A stretch of 64,000 bases of DNA from Acidaminococcaceae bacterium (GCA_017443005.1 JAFSPK010000052.1:265-64264), one strand, 5' to 3'; positions 1 to 10,068 are shown, counted from the first letter of the stretch. Notes: generated by a model from the sequence alone, not told the origin. Program-made: numbers and translations.

Positions 1-2487
1 GTGTTTGCGTTGGGGGCAACGCTGTGTATCGCGCAGCCGGCTGTGAATGCCGCGACGTATAACATCAACAACGAAGCCCAAGCATGGAGCAGCTTAGGTC
101 ATGAGCCGGGGAATGCAGGTCATCCGATGTATGTCTTCCAATATTACGGCAAGGGCAGCAACAATGTGCTGAACCTTTCCCCAACGGGCGGATTCAGTCC
201 CCTTGGTGGCTATGTTCCGGATTTTTACGCGGGCCATGGCAGCGGCCATACCCTTAATCTCAAGGGCGGCGGATACAAAAATCTCACCGTTGTCGGCGGA
301 ACCGCCAGCGACAACAAGGTCGTCGTCACCGGCGGAACCGCCGATACCGTCTGCGGCGGATGCTCGTACAGCAGCGGGTACGGCAACCAAAACACCCCCA
401 CCAACAGCAACACCGTCCGGATTTCCAGCGGCAATATCAACGGCAGTTTCCCGTCGATCTACGGCGGACGGTCGGCCTCCACCGCCAGCAATAACACCGT
501 CGTAATCAGCGGCGGCAATCTCAACGAAGCCAATATTTGGGGCGGCTACGGCTCTGCGGCCAACGGCAACACCGTGGACGTCAGCGGCTTCGACGGCTCC
601 ATCAAGCAGTTGCATGGCGGCGACGCCAGCGGGAACAAAGCCAACGCCTCGAACAACGTCGTCATGCTCGGCAACGCCAAGGCAGGCGTCTATAAGGGAT
701 CAATCTATGGAGGCGATGCAAGCGGAGATAACGCAAGCGCGAACAACAACTCGGTGCAGATTCTCGGCGGCACTTTGGGCGCCGATATATACGGAGGATA
801 TGCAAATAACGGCTCCGCCCCCACCGCCAGCAACAACACCGTGGAACTCAGGAAGGGCGTCTTTACCGGGAACAATATTTTCGGAGGCAGAGCAGACGGC
901 GATTCGAGCCCCGGCGTGGCTTATAATAACTCGGTAATTCTGTATGAGCCGACTTTCAACGGCACAGCAACCACGATTTACGGCGGCTATGCCAAAGACG
1001 GCAGGGCGGAGCGCAATTCCGTCGTGATTCTCGGCGGCACGGTGATCGGCGACATTATCGCCGGGCACACGGGATACTTTGGCGTGGAGAAAAACAACTC
1101 CATCGAGCTTTACAAGGTTTATGATCTCAACCTTACAAACGCGGTACTGCACGGTACGAAATCCAAATTCAACAATGCGTTGAAGGACGCGAACCCCATA
1201 TTGAATGTCTATGCCTCAGATATCAAAGTTAAAAACATCAAAAATTTCGCTCAAATCAACTATTATCTACCCGATACGGTCAAAAATGGGAACACGATTT
1301 TGCAGGCTGTCGGTACGGAAGGAACTGACCTCCGAAATACGAAGGTAGCTGTTTCCGTCCCCGGCGGCACAAGGCTTGACACTGGAGACAAGATTAATTT
1401 GCTCGACACCAAAGCGGGAATCATAGGTGAGCCGGAACAAACGGTTGCCACATTTACCGAGGGCGTTTCCATTGAGCGTGACATGGATATCAAAGTGGAG
1501 GGCAAGGCTCTTGTGGGTACGCTTTTGAGCGGCCCATTTGGCGGAGGCGGCTCCGGCGTGCAACTGAAAGACGATACAAAGTCCCTGGTGGAGACCCGTT
1601 CCGCTGCCATGGCTGTACTGAACAACAGCATAGATGTGGTAACGGATAAAGGCTTTGCTGCGGCAAAGGACGCGGTTCGGGCTGAAACGGGCAGCGGCTT
1701 TACGCCTTTCGTTTATACGGGTGGCAACAAAATGCGGTACAAGACCGGTTCCCATGTGGACAGCCGGGGCTGGGGACTGGCAGCAGGCTTCGCTAAAGAG
1801 ATCAAAGGCGAGAACCATACCCTTATCACCGGTCCTTTTGTGGAACACGGGCGCGCCAATTATGACAGCTATCTGGATAACGGGACGAAAGCGGACGGCA
1901 AGAACCGGTTCACCGGCGGCGGCTGGTTCCTGCGCAATGAGCTGAAGAACGGCATCAACTATGAGGCTTCCGTTCGCTTCGGTCATCTCAGCAGTGATTA
2001 CAAAGGGTACGGCGCCATGGATACCGAGTATGACAGCGGCAGCAACTACCTTGGCTTCCATGCCGGAGTAGGCAAGACGTTGCAGGTTGGCAAAAAGGAC
2101 GATGCCCTGGATGTTTATGCCAAGTATTTCTATACCCATCAGAACGGAACGGACGCCACGCTGTCCACAGGCGAGCGTTATCACTTTGACGCGGTGAATT
2201 CCAACCGCATCCGCCTGGGCGCCCGTTACACCCATCCGCTGAAAGCGAACGCATCGTTATACGCCGGGCTGGCCTGGGATTACGAGTTCGACTCTGACGC
2301 CAGGGCAACCTACCGGGGCCTGTCTACCCCCAGTCCTTCCATGAAGGGATCCAGCGGCATGCTGGAGCTGGGCGTAAAATGCCAGCCAAGTGACAAGTCC
2401 CCGTTCCATATGGACATCTCCCTGGCAGGCTGGGCAGGCAAGCAGCGGGGCGTGTCCTTCAACGCGGCCTTCCAGTGGACGTTCTGA
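1..2487 (+). CDS. Type V autotransporter/adhesin (5' truncated by window), beta-helical passenger plus C-terminal beta-barrel
   Basis: Tail of a signal peptide (..AQPAVNA), repeated NNxVxIxGG..IYGG coils, barrel motifs RYKTGSHVD and FDAVNS, terminal WTF. Confidence 0.88.
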   Translation: MFALGATLCIAQPAVNAATYNINNEAQAWSSLGHEPGNAGHPMYVFQYYGKGSNNVLNLSPTGGFSPLGGYVPDFYAGHGSGHTLNLKGGGYKNLTVVGGTASDNKVVVTGGTADTVCGGCSYSSGYGNQNTPTNSNTVRISSGNINGSFPSIYGGRSASTASNNTVVISGGNLNEANIWGGYGSAANGNTVDVSGFDGSIKQLHGGDASGNKANASNNVVMLGNAKAGVYKGSIYGGDASGDNASANNNSVQILGGTLGADIYGGYANNGSAPTASNNTVELRKGVFTGNNIFGGRADGDSSPGVAYNNSVILYEPTFNGTATTIYGGYAKDGRAERNSVVILGGTVIGDIIAGHTGYFGVEKNNSIELYKVYDLNLTNAVLHGTKSKFNNALKDANPILNVYASDIKVKNIKNFAQINYYLPDTVKNGNTILQAVGTEGTDLRNTKVAVSVPGGTRLDTGDKINLLDTKAGIIGEPEQTVATFTEGVSIERDMDIKVEGKALVGTLLSGPFGGGGSGVQLKDDTKSLVETRSAAMAVLNNSIDVVTDKGFAAAKDAVRAETGSGFTPFVYTGGNKMRYKTGSHVDSRGWGLAAGFAKEIKGENHTLITGPFVEHGRANYDSYLDNGTKADGKNRFTGGGWFLRNELKNGINYEASVRFGHLSSDYKGYGAMDTEYDSGSNYLGFHAGVGKTLQVGKKDDALDVYAKYFYTHQNGTDATLSTGERYHFDAVNSNRIRLGARYTHPLKANASLYAGLAWDYEFDSDARATYRGLSTPSPSMKGSSGMLELGVKCQPSDKSPFHMDISLAGWAGKQRGVSFNAAFQWTF

Positions 2488-2491
2488 GCCG

Positions 2492-2556
2492 TGACGGTAT
2501 GCTGAACCGTATCGCGGAAGATTTTGTAAAAGTTTTGAAGTAAGATACTATTTGGG
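2492..2556 (+). pseudogene. Orphan 3' end of a paralog of the 3901..4497 gene
   Basis: Encodes DGMLNRIAEDFVKVLK* vs DGMLNRIAEDFIKDLK* at 4447-4497, and shares the downstream GATACTATT(T)GGG. Confidence 0.85.
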
Positions 2557-2562
2557 AGTTAT

Positions 2563-2600
2563 GAATCCTGCTGCGCATATAACGCGGCAGGATATTTTTT
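2563..2600 (+). terminator. Hairpin/terminator, direct repeat copy 1 flanking Rpn gene
   Basis: ATCCTGCTGCG-loop-CGCGGCAGGAT plus T-tract; 30/31 identical to 3651-3681. Confidence 0.75.
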
Positions 2601-2760
2601 CACAAAAATTTCAGCGCCACGTTGCAAGTATTTATTGCAAACCGCGCCGCTTCGTTTTAAAATAAGGGTGAGCCAGTTTTTCTTTGTCACGGCAATCGAA
2701 CCGATTGAAGTGAAAAGGAGAATCGTTTTGATAATTAAAAAACGAAAAAGGAATGTTGGT

Positions 2761-3630
2761 TTGAAGAAGGGAACCAACATAACATACAAGGACAGGGTCT
2801 TTAAGTTCATTTTTGGCAACCCGGCGAATAAAGAATGGACGCTGTCGTTGTACAACGCCGTCAACGGGTCCCGGCACAGTAATCCTGATGATATCCGTTT
2901 CAATACGATGGAAGACGTGGTATACATGGGGATGAAGAATGACGTCTCGTTTATCATTCTGAACGAGGTCAACCTGTGGGAGCACCAGAGCACGTTTAAT
3001 CCCAACATGCCCTGGCGTTTTCTCAATTATGCCAGCAAACTGTATGAAAAGCGCATCGTAACGAGTGATTATTCCCGGTACAGCAGCCGGCTGCAGCCGC
3101 TGCCCAAACCGCACTGCATCTGTTTCTATAATGGCACGGCAGAGCAGCCGGAACGGCGGGTGTTAAGACTGAGCGACGCGTTTGGCGGTGAAGCTGACAT
3201 TGAAGTGAAGGTGACGATGCTTAACATCAATTTTGGGAAGAACAGGGCGTTGACGGATGCGTGCCAGCCGTTACGCGAGTACGCCTGGTTGGTGGAAAAG
3301 GTGCGGGAACGCCAGCGCGAGATGCAGGATTTTGCTGCGGCGGTGGATGCGGCGATTAATGAAATGCCGGAAGATTTTGTGATTCGTTCATTTTTGATAG
3401 CGAACAGGGCGGAGGTGACAGACATGTTCCTGACAGAATATGATGAAGAAAGAGAACGGGAGTTGTTGCGGCGAGAGGAACGACGTGAAACAGAAAAGGA
3501 AGTCAACGAACGTGTTGCCACAGACATGTTGCGCGACAATTACCCGTTGGAATCTATTAAAAAAATCAGCAAACTCTCTGAGGCAGCGATTCGCAAAATT
3601 GCCGACACTATCGGCGTTGCCGTGCTGTAA
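2761..3630 (+). CDS. Rpn-family PD-(D/E)XK nuclease/putative transposase (RpnL)
   Basis: YKDRVFKFIF, KNDVSF..LWEHQST.NPNMP.R, FYNG motifs; TTG start with AAGGA RBS. Confidence 0.8.
   Translation: MKKGTNITYKDRVFKFIFGNPANKEWTLSLYNAVNGSRHSNPDDIRFNTMEDVVYMGMKNDVSFIILNEVNLWEHQSTFNPNMPWRFLNYASKLYEKRIVTSDYSRYSSRLQPLPKPHCICFYNGTAEQPERRVLRLSDAFGGEADIEVKVTMLNINFGKNRALTDACQPLREYAWLVEKVRERQREMQDFAAAVDAAINEMPEDFVIRSFLIANRAEVTDMFLTEYDEERERELLRREERRETEKEVNERVATDMLRDNYPLESIKKISKLSEAAIRKIADTIGVAVL
3424..3630 (+). CDS. Putative intragenic small protein (RpnS-like, 68 aa)
   Basis: GGAGGTGA at 3411-3418 ahead of an in-frame ATG at 3424. Confidence 0.6.
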   Translation: MFLTEYDEERERELLRREERRETEKEVNERVATDMLRDNYPLESIKKISKLSEAAIRKIADTIGVAVL

Positions 3631-3650
3631 AAACTGAATAGTGATTAATC

Positions 3651-3686
3651 GAATCCTGCTGCACATATAACGCGGCAGGATTTTTA
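3651..3686 (+). terminator. Hairpin/terminator, direct repeat copy 2 flanking Rpn gene
   Basis: GAATCCTGCTGCACATATAACGCGGCAGGATTTTT. Confidence 0.75.
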
Positions 3687-3900
3687 TCTCCGCATTGTTG
3701 TACCGGTTTTAATTTTCGCCCGGACAGGCACACACAGCGACTTGTTCGGCGCGTAAGGAAGCCAGCAGGGGAAACGATTTACACCACTCTTGCATTTTGA
3801 TATAATAAATCAGCAGGCATGTTGAAAATTATAAAGTCATCGTTGTTATAATAACAGAACTGGTTCACCTGCTTATTTCATGATTTTGGAGGAAGGCGTT

Positions 3901-4497
3901 ATGAAGAAGATAGTTGTCCTTGCGTTAGTCCTGCTGATGGCCGTTATGGGAACCGTTTCTGCTTCCAAGAGCAAATTCAAGGACCAGAAGTACGATTTTA
4001 AAAACACAGTGAATATTTATCTGGCGGAAGCAGTGTATACGCCGTACGAAAAGAAGGAAGACTTTAAAGAAGACAGCGACCCGGCCAAGCGCGCCTTGAA
4101 TTCGCTTCGCACAGCCATGGCAAAAAGCGCCAAGAACCTGGTGGTCCCGCCAGACGGGCCGGAACGGTGCAGGTTGGATCTTTCCCTGGTAGTGCATCGC
4201 CTTGGCACGTTCACGTATTGGAAAGAACCCTGGACGGAAGAACGCTATGAGAACCAGAAAATTGTGAGAAAGGACAAGCACGGCAAAGAAGAAACCGTGA
4301 CGATTCCTGTTCCGCGGATTATCCATCATCCGGGCGAATGGATCAGCAACGCTTACGCCGAGGTGGAATTTACCCTGACAGACCGCAGCACCGGGCGCAC
4401 GGTTTACAACTGCCGGGATGACCGCTGGCGTCAGGATAAAGCGTATGACGGCATGCTGAACCGCATTGCGGAAGATTTTATTAAGGATTTGAAGTAA
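3901..4497 (+). CDS. Exported hypothetical protein
   Basis: GGAGG RBS, signal peptide MKKIVVLALVLLMAVMGTVSA. Confidence 0.75.
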   Translation: MKKIVVLALVLLMAVMGTVSASKSKFKDQKYDFKNTVNIYLAEAVYTPYEKKEDFKEDSDPAKRALNSLRTAMAKSAKNLVVPPDGPERCRLDLSLVVHRLGTFTYWKEPWTEERYENQKIVRKDKHGKEETVTIPVPRIIHHPGEWISNAYAEVEFTLTDRSTGRTVYNCRDDRWRQDKAYDGMLNRIAEDFIKDLK

Positions 4498-4904
4498 GAT
4501 ACTATTGGGGCATGGACAGTTACGTTAATGTAATCATTGTATAAAATGGAAGAAATCTGACTAACTTCATGCGGTAAACTATAATTTGTAAGTGTCCTTA
4601 CATTCAAAATATGCAACAATGCAACACCGCTTCTGCCTGCACAGGCGGGAGCGGTGATATGTCTTTCCGGTGGACGTTCTGATTAACGCTGATTGCCAAA
4701 ACAAACAGGGGAAGCGTAACTGTTTTCCCTGTTTTACTTTTCCCCATCCTGTTCAACAAAACTTCATAGAAAATGCAAGGCGATTATGATACAATAGAAG
4801 CGCAGGGAAACGCCGGCTACATGAGCTTGTACGATAGCCGGTAAGCGTGCGGACGAATTGACCTGCGGTTCCGTAATATCTCAGCATAGTAAGGGAGGGA
4901 TTTT

Positions 4905-6125
4905 TTGCAACCTGAGCAACTGTTAAAAACATGGTTCGGCTACGACAGCTTCCGCCCCGGGCAACGGGAAGTTGTGGATACGATTCTCAGCGGCAGGGAT
5001 TGTCTGGCCATATTGCCAACCGGCGCGGGAAAATCAGTGTGTTTCCAGGTACCCGCCCTGATGCAGACCGGACTGACCTATGTTATTTCACCTCTCATTT
5101 CCCTGATGGAAGACCAGGTGGCCCATCTGCAGGGAAACAACATACCGGCTGTCTGTATCAACAGCGGTATGAGTAAGCATACTTACAATGAAGTCATGTA
5201 TGATATTCATACCGGTGTTTATAAACTGCTCTACCTTTCTCCGGAACGGCTGCAGAATGAATGGTTTATCCGCTTTGCCTTAAAGAATCCGCCGGTTTTT
5301 GTGGTAGTGGATGAAGCCCATTGTGTCTCCCAGTGGGGACATGATTTCCGACCTTCTTACCTGCAGATCCGGTCGTTCGTGGAACAGCTGCCGAAGCGTC
5401 CTTTATATGCAGCCTTTACCGCTACAGCTACGCCCCGGGTGCGGAAGGATATCATCAACAGTCTTGGGCTTGCGGATCCGGCGGTGATCCTCCGCAGCTT
5501 TGACCGCCCCAATCTGTTTTTTGTAAAAAAGTCCCCGGCTGATAAAGACAGGGCTCTGCTGGATGAATTGGAAAAGGTAAAAGGAAAAAGCGGCATCGTG
5601 TACTGTTCTACCCATCAGCATGTGGAACGGTGTTTCCGGTTACTGCGGCAGCACGGATACAGCGCTGCCCGCTATCATGCCGGGTTGTCTGTGGGAGAAC
5701 GGACGGTAACACAGGCTGCCTTTATAAACGGCCAGGTGCAGATTATTGTTGCCACCAGCGCGTTTGGTATGGGCGTTGACAAATCCGATATTTCTTTCGT
5801 CATCAATTACAATATGCCCCAGAGCCTGGAAGAGTATTATCAGGAAGCGGGGAGGGCGGGCCGTAACGGGGCAGATGCGCGCTGCACCCTGTTCTACAGC
5901 GGTGAAGACCTACGAATTGGAAAGGCCCTGGCCCAGCAGCAGGAAAAACCGGAAGGGGCGCTGCAGCTCCTCGCGGCCATGTGGGATTACTGTCATCATG
6001 ACGGATGCCTGCGTAACTATATTTTGCGCTATTTTGGGGAAACGCGCATGGAAAACTGCGGAAAGTGCAGTTACTGTTGTGAGTCGGGCTGGTGGAAACA
6101 GTTCACAGATTTTTTCCGAAATTAA
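4905..6125 (+). CDS. recQ: Short RecQ-family DNA helicase (helicase core plus Zn-binding region, no HRDC)
   Basis: PTGAGKS, DEAHCVSQWGHDFRP, TATAT, YYQEAGRAGR, C-terminal Cys cluster. Confidence 0.92.
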   Translation: MQPEQLLKTWFGYDSFRPGQREVVDTILSGRDCLAILPTGAGKSVCFQVPALMQTGLTYVISPLISLMEDQVAHLQGNNIPAVCINSGMSKHTYNEVMYDIHTGVYKLLYLSPERLQNEWFIRFALKNPPVFVVVDEAHCVSQWGHDFRPSYLQIRSFVEQLPKRPLYAAFTATATPRVRKDIINSLGLADPAVILRSFDRPNLFFVKKSPADKDRALLDELEKVKGKSGIVYCSTHQHVERCFRLLRQHGYSAARYHAGLSVGERTVTQAAFINGQVQIIVATSAFGMGVDKSDISFVINYNMPQSLEEYYQEAGRAGRNGADARCTLFYSGEDLRIGKALAQQQEKPEGALQLLAAMWDYCHHDGCLRNYILRYFGETRMENCGKCSYCCESGWWKQFTDFFRN

Positions 6126-6275
6126 CCGGATACCCGCAGGTAATTTTGAAGGAAAAACAGAGTGAACAGAGAATAAAATAAATTAGAATAGTCTAATGAA
6201 GGCAAACTGCCTGTTTGTCGGTGGGTCGTTGCTGAGAGAACCGTTTAACGATATGCTGTTCAGGAGGTTGTATTT

Positions 6276-7883
6276 ATGAAGCTGACTTTTTTAGGCGCGG
6301 CGCGGACTGTAACAGGATCCTGTTATTTACTGGAAGTCAACGGGAAAAAGATGCTGGTGGACTGCGGCATGTTCCAGGGCTCGAAATCTATCAAAGCGTT
6401 TAATGAAAGACCGTTTGCCTTTAATCCGGCGGAAATCGACGCGATGGTACTGACCCATGCCCATGTGGACCACAGCGGATTGATTCCCCGGCTGGTAAAG
6501 GAAGGCTTTAAAGGCCGCGTTCACTGCACAAAATCCACACAGCAGTTGTGTACGATCCTGTTGCCGGACAGTGCCCATATCCAGGAATCCGATGCGGAGT
6601 TTGCCAACCGTAAAGGTCTCCGGGCAGGGAAATCAGAGGTACTGCCTATCTTTACGGTAGACGATGCCTATACGGCGCTGCAGCATTTTTACGTGCACAA
6701 TTTTGAGGAGACCTTTGAGGTGATTCCGGGCGTGACGGCAAAGCTCCGGGTAGCCGGTCATATCCTTGGCAGCGCTACAGTATATCTGGCCATTGAAGAA
6801 AACGGGAAAAAGACGACGATGATTTTTTCCGGCGACGTGGGACAGCCGAAACAGCCAATCGTGGAAGACCCATCTGTTCTTTCCGGCGCGGATTACATTA
6901 TTACGGAATCCACCTACGGGAACCGGAAGCATAAAGCCTATGACAAAGAAGAGGAACTGGCTAAAATCATTAATGAAACCGTGGAACGGGGCGGGAATGT
7001 AGTGATTCCTGCTTTCGCGGTGGGCCGTACCCAGGTGTTGCTGTATTATTTCCAGAAGCTTTCGCAGGAAGGTAAGATCCCGGACGTGCCGATTTACGTT
7101 GACAGTCCGCTGGCAACGAAAGCGACGGGAATCACCCTGGCCAATAAAGAAGAATATGACGAAGAGACCCGGGCGCTTGTGGAATTTCAGGGGGACCGGC
7201 TCTTTGCCATGAAGAATGTGCATTTTACGCCTACGCCGGATGAATCGCGCATGATCAACGGCATCGAAGGCCCCAAGATTATTTTATCGGCCAGCGGCAT
7301 GGCGGACGCAGGGCGTATACTGCATCATCTGAAGCATAATCTGTGGCGCCCGGAATGTACGGTGGTCTTTGCGGGGTATCAGGCCGAAGGAACCATGGGT
7401 CGTAACCTGATCGACGGGGTCAAAAAGGTTAAAATTATGGGCGAGACCATCCATGTGGCTGCTCAGATTGTCAATATGACCGGATTTTCCGCCCACGCTG
7501 ATAAGGAACAGCTCATAGACTGGTATAAGAAAATGCCGCAGAAGCCCAAAATTTTCTTCGTGACCCACGGGGAGTTTGACGCAGCCAGCGAACTGTCCAA
7601 AGATTTGCAGATGCAGATGGGAACGGCGGTTTATGTTCCCAAATACGGTGACAGCGTGGCCATAGACGGAGCGGATTATGTGATTGAAGCGGCGCCGGAA
7701 GTGGAAACGCTGCCGGAAGTTGCGGAACTGCAGGATTCGATTACTGCGATAGAGCGGAATTATATGCAGTACCGGAACAAGATGGAACAGATTGCCCTGC
7801 GCGACAGTGCCAAAGCAGACCAGATGCGGAAGAAGCTGGAAAAGGTACGCCGCTATATGGACGAGATGCTGGGCAACCTGTAG
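6276..7883 (+). CDS. MBL-fold beta-CASP ribonuclease
   Basis: LTHAHVDHSG, AGHILGS, ESTYG, FSAHAD, THGE. Confidence 0.92.
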   Translation: MKLTFLGAARTVTGSCYLLEVNGKKMLVDCGMFQGSKSIKAFNERPFAFNPAEIDAMVLTHAHVDHSGLIPRLVKEGFKGRVHCTKSTQQLCTILLPDSAHIQESDAEFANRKGLRAGKSEVLPIFTVDDAYTALQHFYVHNFEETFEVIPGVTAKLRVAGHILGSATVYLAIEENGKKTTMIFSGDVGQPKQPIVEDPSVLSGADYIITESTYGNRKHKAYDKEEELAKIINETVERGGNVVIPAFAVGRTQVLLYYFQKLSQEGKIPDVPIYVDSPLATKATGITLANKEEYDEETRALVEFQGDRLFAMKNVHFTPTPDESRMINGIEGPKIILSASGMADAGRILHHLKHNLWRPECTVVFAGYQAEGTMGRNLIDGVKKVKIMGETIHVAAQIVNMTGFSAHADKEQLIDWYKKMPQKPKIFFVTHGEFDAASELSKDLQMQMGTAVYVPKYGDSVAIDGADYVIEAAPEVETLPEVAELQDSITAIERNYMQYRNKMEQIALRDSAKADQMRKKLEKVRRYMDEMLGNL

Positions 7884-7962
7884 TGTATTCGCCAATCGTT
7901 CGCACACGGAGGACAAACATCTCTAATTTTCGTAGAAATGTAAACAAAATGTGAAAAAATGA

Positions 7963-7991
7963 TTGACATTTGAAAACTGCCTTGCTATACT
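7963..7991 (+). promoter_or_regulatory. Sigma-A promoter of the T-box/TRAP operon
   Basis: TTGACA-17 nt-TATACT with extended TG. Confidence 0.75.
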
Positions 7992-8009
7992 TGACTTAAT
8001 TTCAAACAG

Positions 8010-8228
8010 AAGTTATGAACAGGAATGGTTTTAGGAGCGGACTTCAGAGAGCCGGCGGCTGGTGAAAGCCGGTGGAAGCAGTAAAACTTCTCACCTGGGA
8101 ACTCTTTATCTGAACGGTTTCCGACGTTAGGATAAAGCGCTGCGGCGGCGTTACAGGCCAGGAGTATAATGTAGGGTGGTACCGCGTGAACAACGCCCCT
8201 GCCGGAGTTTTCCGACAGGGGTTTTTAG
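8010..8228 (+). promoter_or_regulatory. T-box riboswitch, probable Leu (CUC) specifier
   Basis: AGAGA and GGTGAAA stem I motifs, specifier loop TTCTCA (CTC 8090-8092 followed by A), T-box AGGGTGGTACCGCG 8173-8186, terminator 8196-8226. Confidence 0.9.
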
Positions 8229-8340
8229 TTTGGCAGCGTTTGTGGTCTCGTTGTTTTTTGACAATGGGTCCGGCGGTCCTGTTACTCAGTGTTGTCTTTA
8301 TTTTATTTATATTAAAAAATGAGGAGTGGAGGAGAAAAGT

Positions 8341-9372
8341 ATGAAATCTGTAAAATGGTTTAAAGCGGCGGCAGTAGCTTCATTGGCATTGGCAACGATC
8401 TGTATGGCAGGCTGCGGAGGCGGCGGAGATAAGAAGCCGGCAGCTCCGGCGGCAGGCAAGAAGGTGGAATATAAATTAGCTTATGCGTTGCCGGCTAACC
8501 ATCCGGTAGCGAAAGGCGTGGAAACCTTTATTGCCAAGGTAAAAGATAAAACAAAGGGCGAAGTCGTCATTACCTCTTTCCCGGCCGGCCAGCTGTACAA
8601 TGATAAAACCATGAACGACGCCATCATGACCGGCGGCGTGGATATGGGCCTGAACACGGTAGGCCGTTGGGCAACCATCATTCCGGCCATGGAAGTGTTT
8701 GACGTTCCTTTCGTATTCCCGGGCTATGAGAAGGTTGACAGCGCCATCGACGGCGGCATGGGCAAAATTCTGGAAGAGGAAATGGCCAAAAAACACGTGA
8801 AGGTTGTTTACTGGGCTGACTACGGTTTCGTACAGTATGCCAATAACAAGAAACCCATCAAAAAACCGGAAGATTTCAAAGGCCTGAAGATCCGCGGCTA
8901 CAGCGAACTGGCTTCTGAAACCATTAAAGCGTTAGGCGCTTCCCCGGTAACCATGGGCGCCGGCGAAGTATATATGGCTTTACAGCGCGGTACCATTGAC
9001 GGACAGTCCTCCGGCGCTCCGGCCATGCGCGACCGCAAGATGTATGAAGTGACCAAATTCCTGACGGTTACCAACCATGCATCTCCGGAATTCGTCGTAG
9101 CCATGAACGACAAATCCTTTGCCAAAATGAACGAAACCCAGCAGAAAGCTTTCATGGAAGCTGCCAAAGAAGTCCGGGATATCCTGCGCAAGAATGCCAA
9201 GGCGGAAGACCTGAAGGGCCTGGAAGACCTGAAAGCAAAAGGCATGGAAATTTATGTAGTGCCTGAAAACGAAATCAAAGCCTGGCAGGCGGCCACCAAA
9301 CCGGTATGGGATATCTTTACCAAACATGCCGGCGAACAGGGCAAAAAGATTCTGGAAATGTGCACGAAATAA
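8341..9372 (+). CDS. dctP: TRAP transporter substrate-binding lipoprotein
   Basis: Lipobox MAGC, FDVPF, KGLKIR, ALQRGTIDG. Confidence 0.9.
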   Translation: MKSVKWFKAAAVASLALATICMAGCGGGGDKKPAAPAAGKKVEYKLAYALPANHPVAKGVETFIAKVKDKTKGEVVITSFPAGQLYNDKTMNDAIMTGGVDMGLNTVGRWATIIPAMEVFDVPFVFPGYEKVDSAIDGGMGKILEEEMAKKHVKVVYWADYGFVQYANNKKPIKKPEDFKGLKIRGYSELASETIKALGASPVTMGAGEVYMALQRGTIDGQSSGAPAMRDRKMYEVTKFLTVTNHASPEFVVAMNDKSFAKMNETQQKAFMEAAKEVRDILRKNAKAEDLKGLEDLKAKGMEIYVVPENEIKAWQAATKPVWDIFTKHAGEQGKKILEMCTK

Positions 9373-9525
9373 CGGTAGTCTGACAGTGTAAAAAGACTGC
9401 CTCTGTCTGAATGGAAGACGGGGAAACATTCCATAGTTTATACAGGCTGACTTTACCGCCGGCTGTAATGGTGTACAGCCGGCGGTATCGCAATACAAAT
9501 ATGATAAAACAAACGGGAGACTGTC

Positions 9526-10068
9526 GTGAAAAGTTTTTTAGCAGTTTACAGGAAATTCTTAATGGGACTGACCCGGGTGGTGGGCATTATTGCCGGCCTG
9601 CTGCTGTTCATTCCCGCCTTTTCTGTAGTTTATGAAGTGATTATGAGGGGCATGTTCAACAGTCCCACGGAGTGGGTAGTGGAGATTTCCACCTACTGTG
9701 TGACCATTGCGGGCTTTTTGGGCATGGCGGTAACGTTTGTGGCCAATAAGCACATAAAAGTGGATATCCTGCTGTCCCATTTAAGCAAGCGGACCAATGA
9801 AATACTGAGCGTGCTCACTTCGTTCATTGGTATGGTTTTCTGCGGCGTCGTAACGATTTACGCCATCGGTATGGTAGCCATGTCGCTGGAACATGGTATG
9901 ATTGCGCCTACCACGCTGCGTACCCCGTTGTGGATCCCGCAGTCTTCGCTGCCCATCGGGTTTGGCCTCATGTTCCTGCATTTTATCCGGACGTTCCTGG
10001 AAAACCTGGTAAAACTGGGCGACCCGGACTATGATCCGGCTGCGGCGGCAGGGGAGGTGGCAAAATGA
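9526..10068 (+). CDS. dctQ: TRAP small permease
   Basis: Four TM segments, HIKVD motif, between dctP and dctM. Confidence 0.88.
   Translation: MKSFLAVYRKFLMGLTRVVGIIAGLLLFIPAFSVVYEVIMRGMFNSPTEWVVEISTYCVTIAGFLGMAVTFVANKHIKVDILLSHLSKRTNEILSVLTSFIGMVFCGVVTIYAIGMVAMSLEHGMIAPTTLRTPLWIPQSSLPIGFGLMFLHFIRTFLENLVKLGDPDYDPAAAAGEVAK

Noticed and set aside
6195-6240. GGCAAAC motif resembling a c-di-GMP-I riboswitch
   Set aside because: No GAAA tetraloop stem or GCAAAG/second stem follows.
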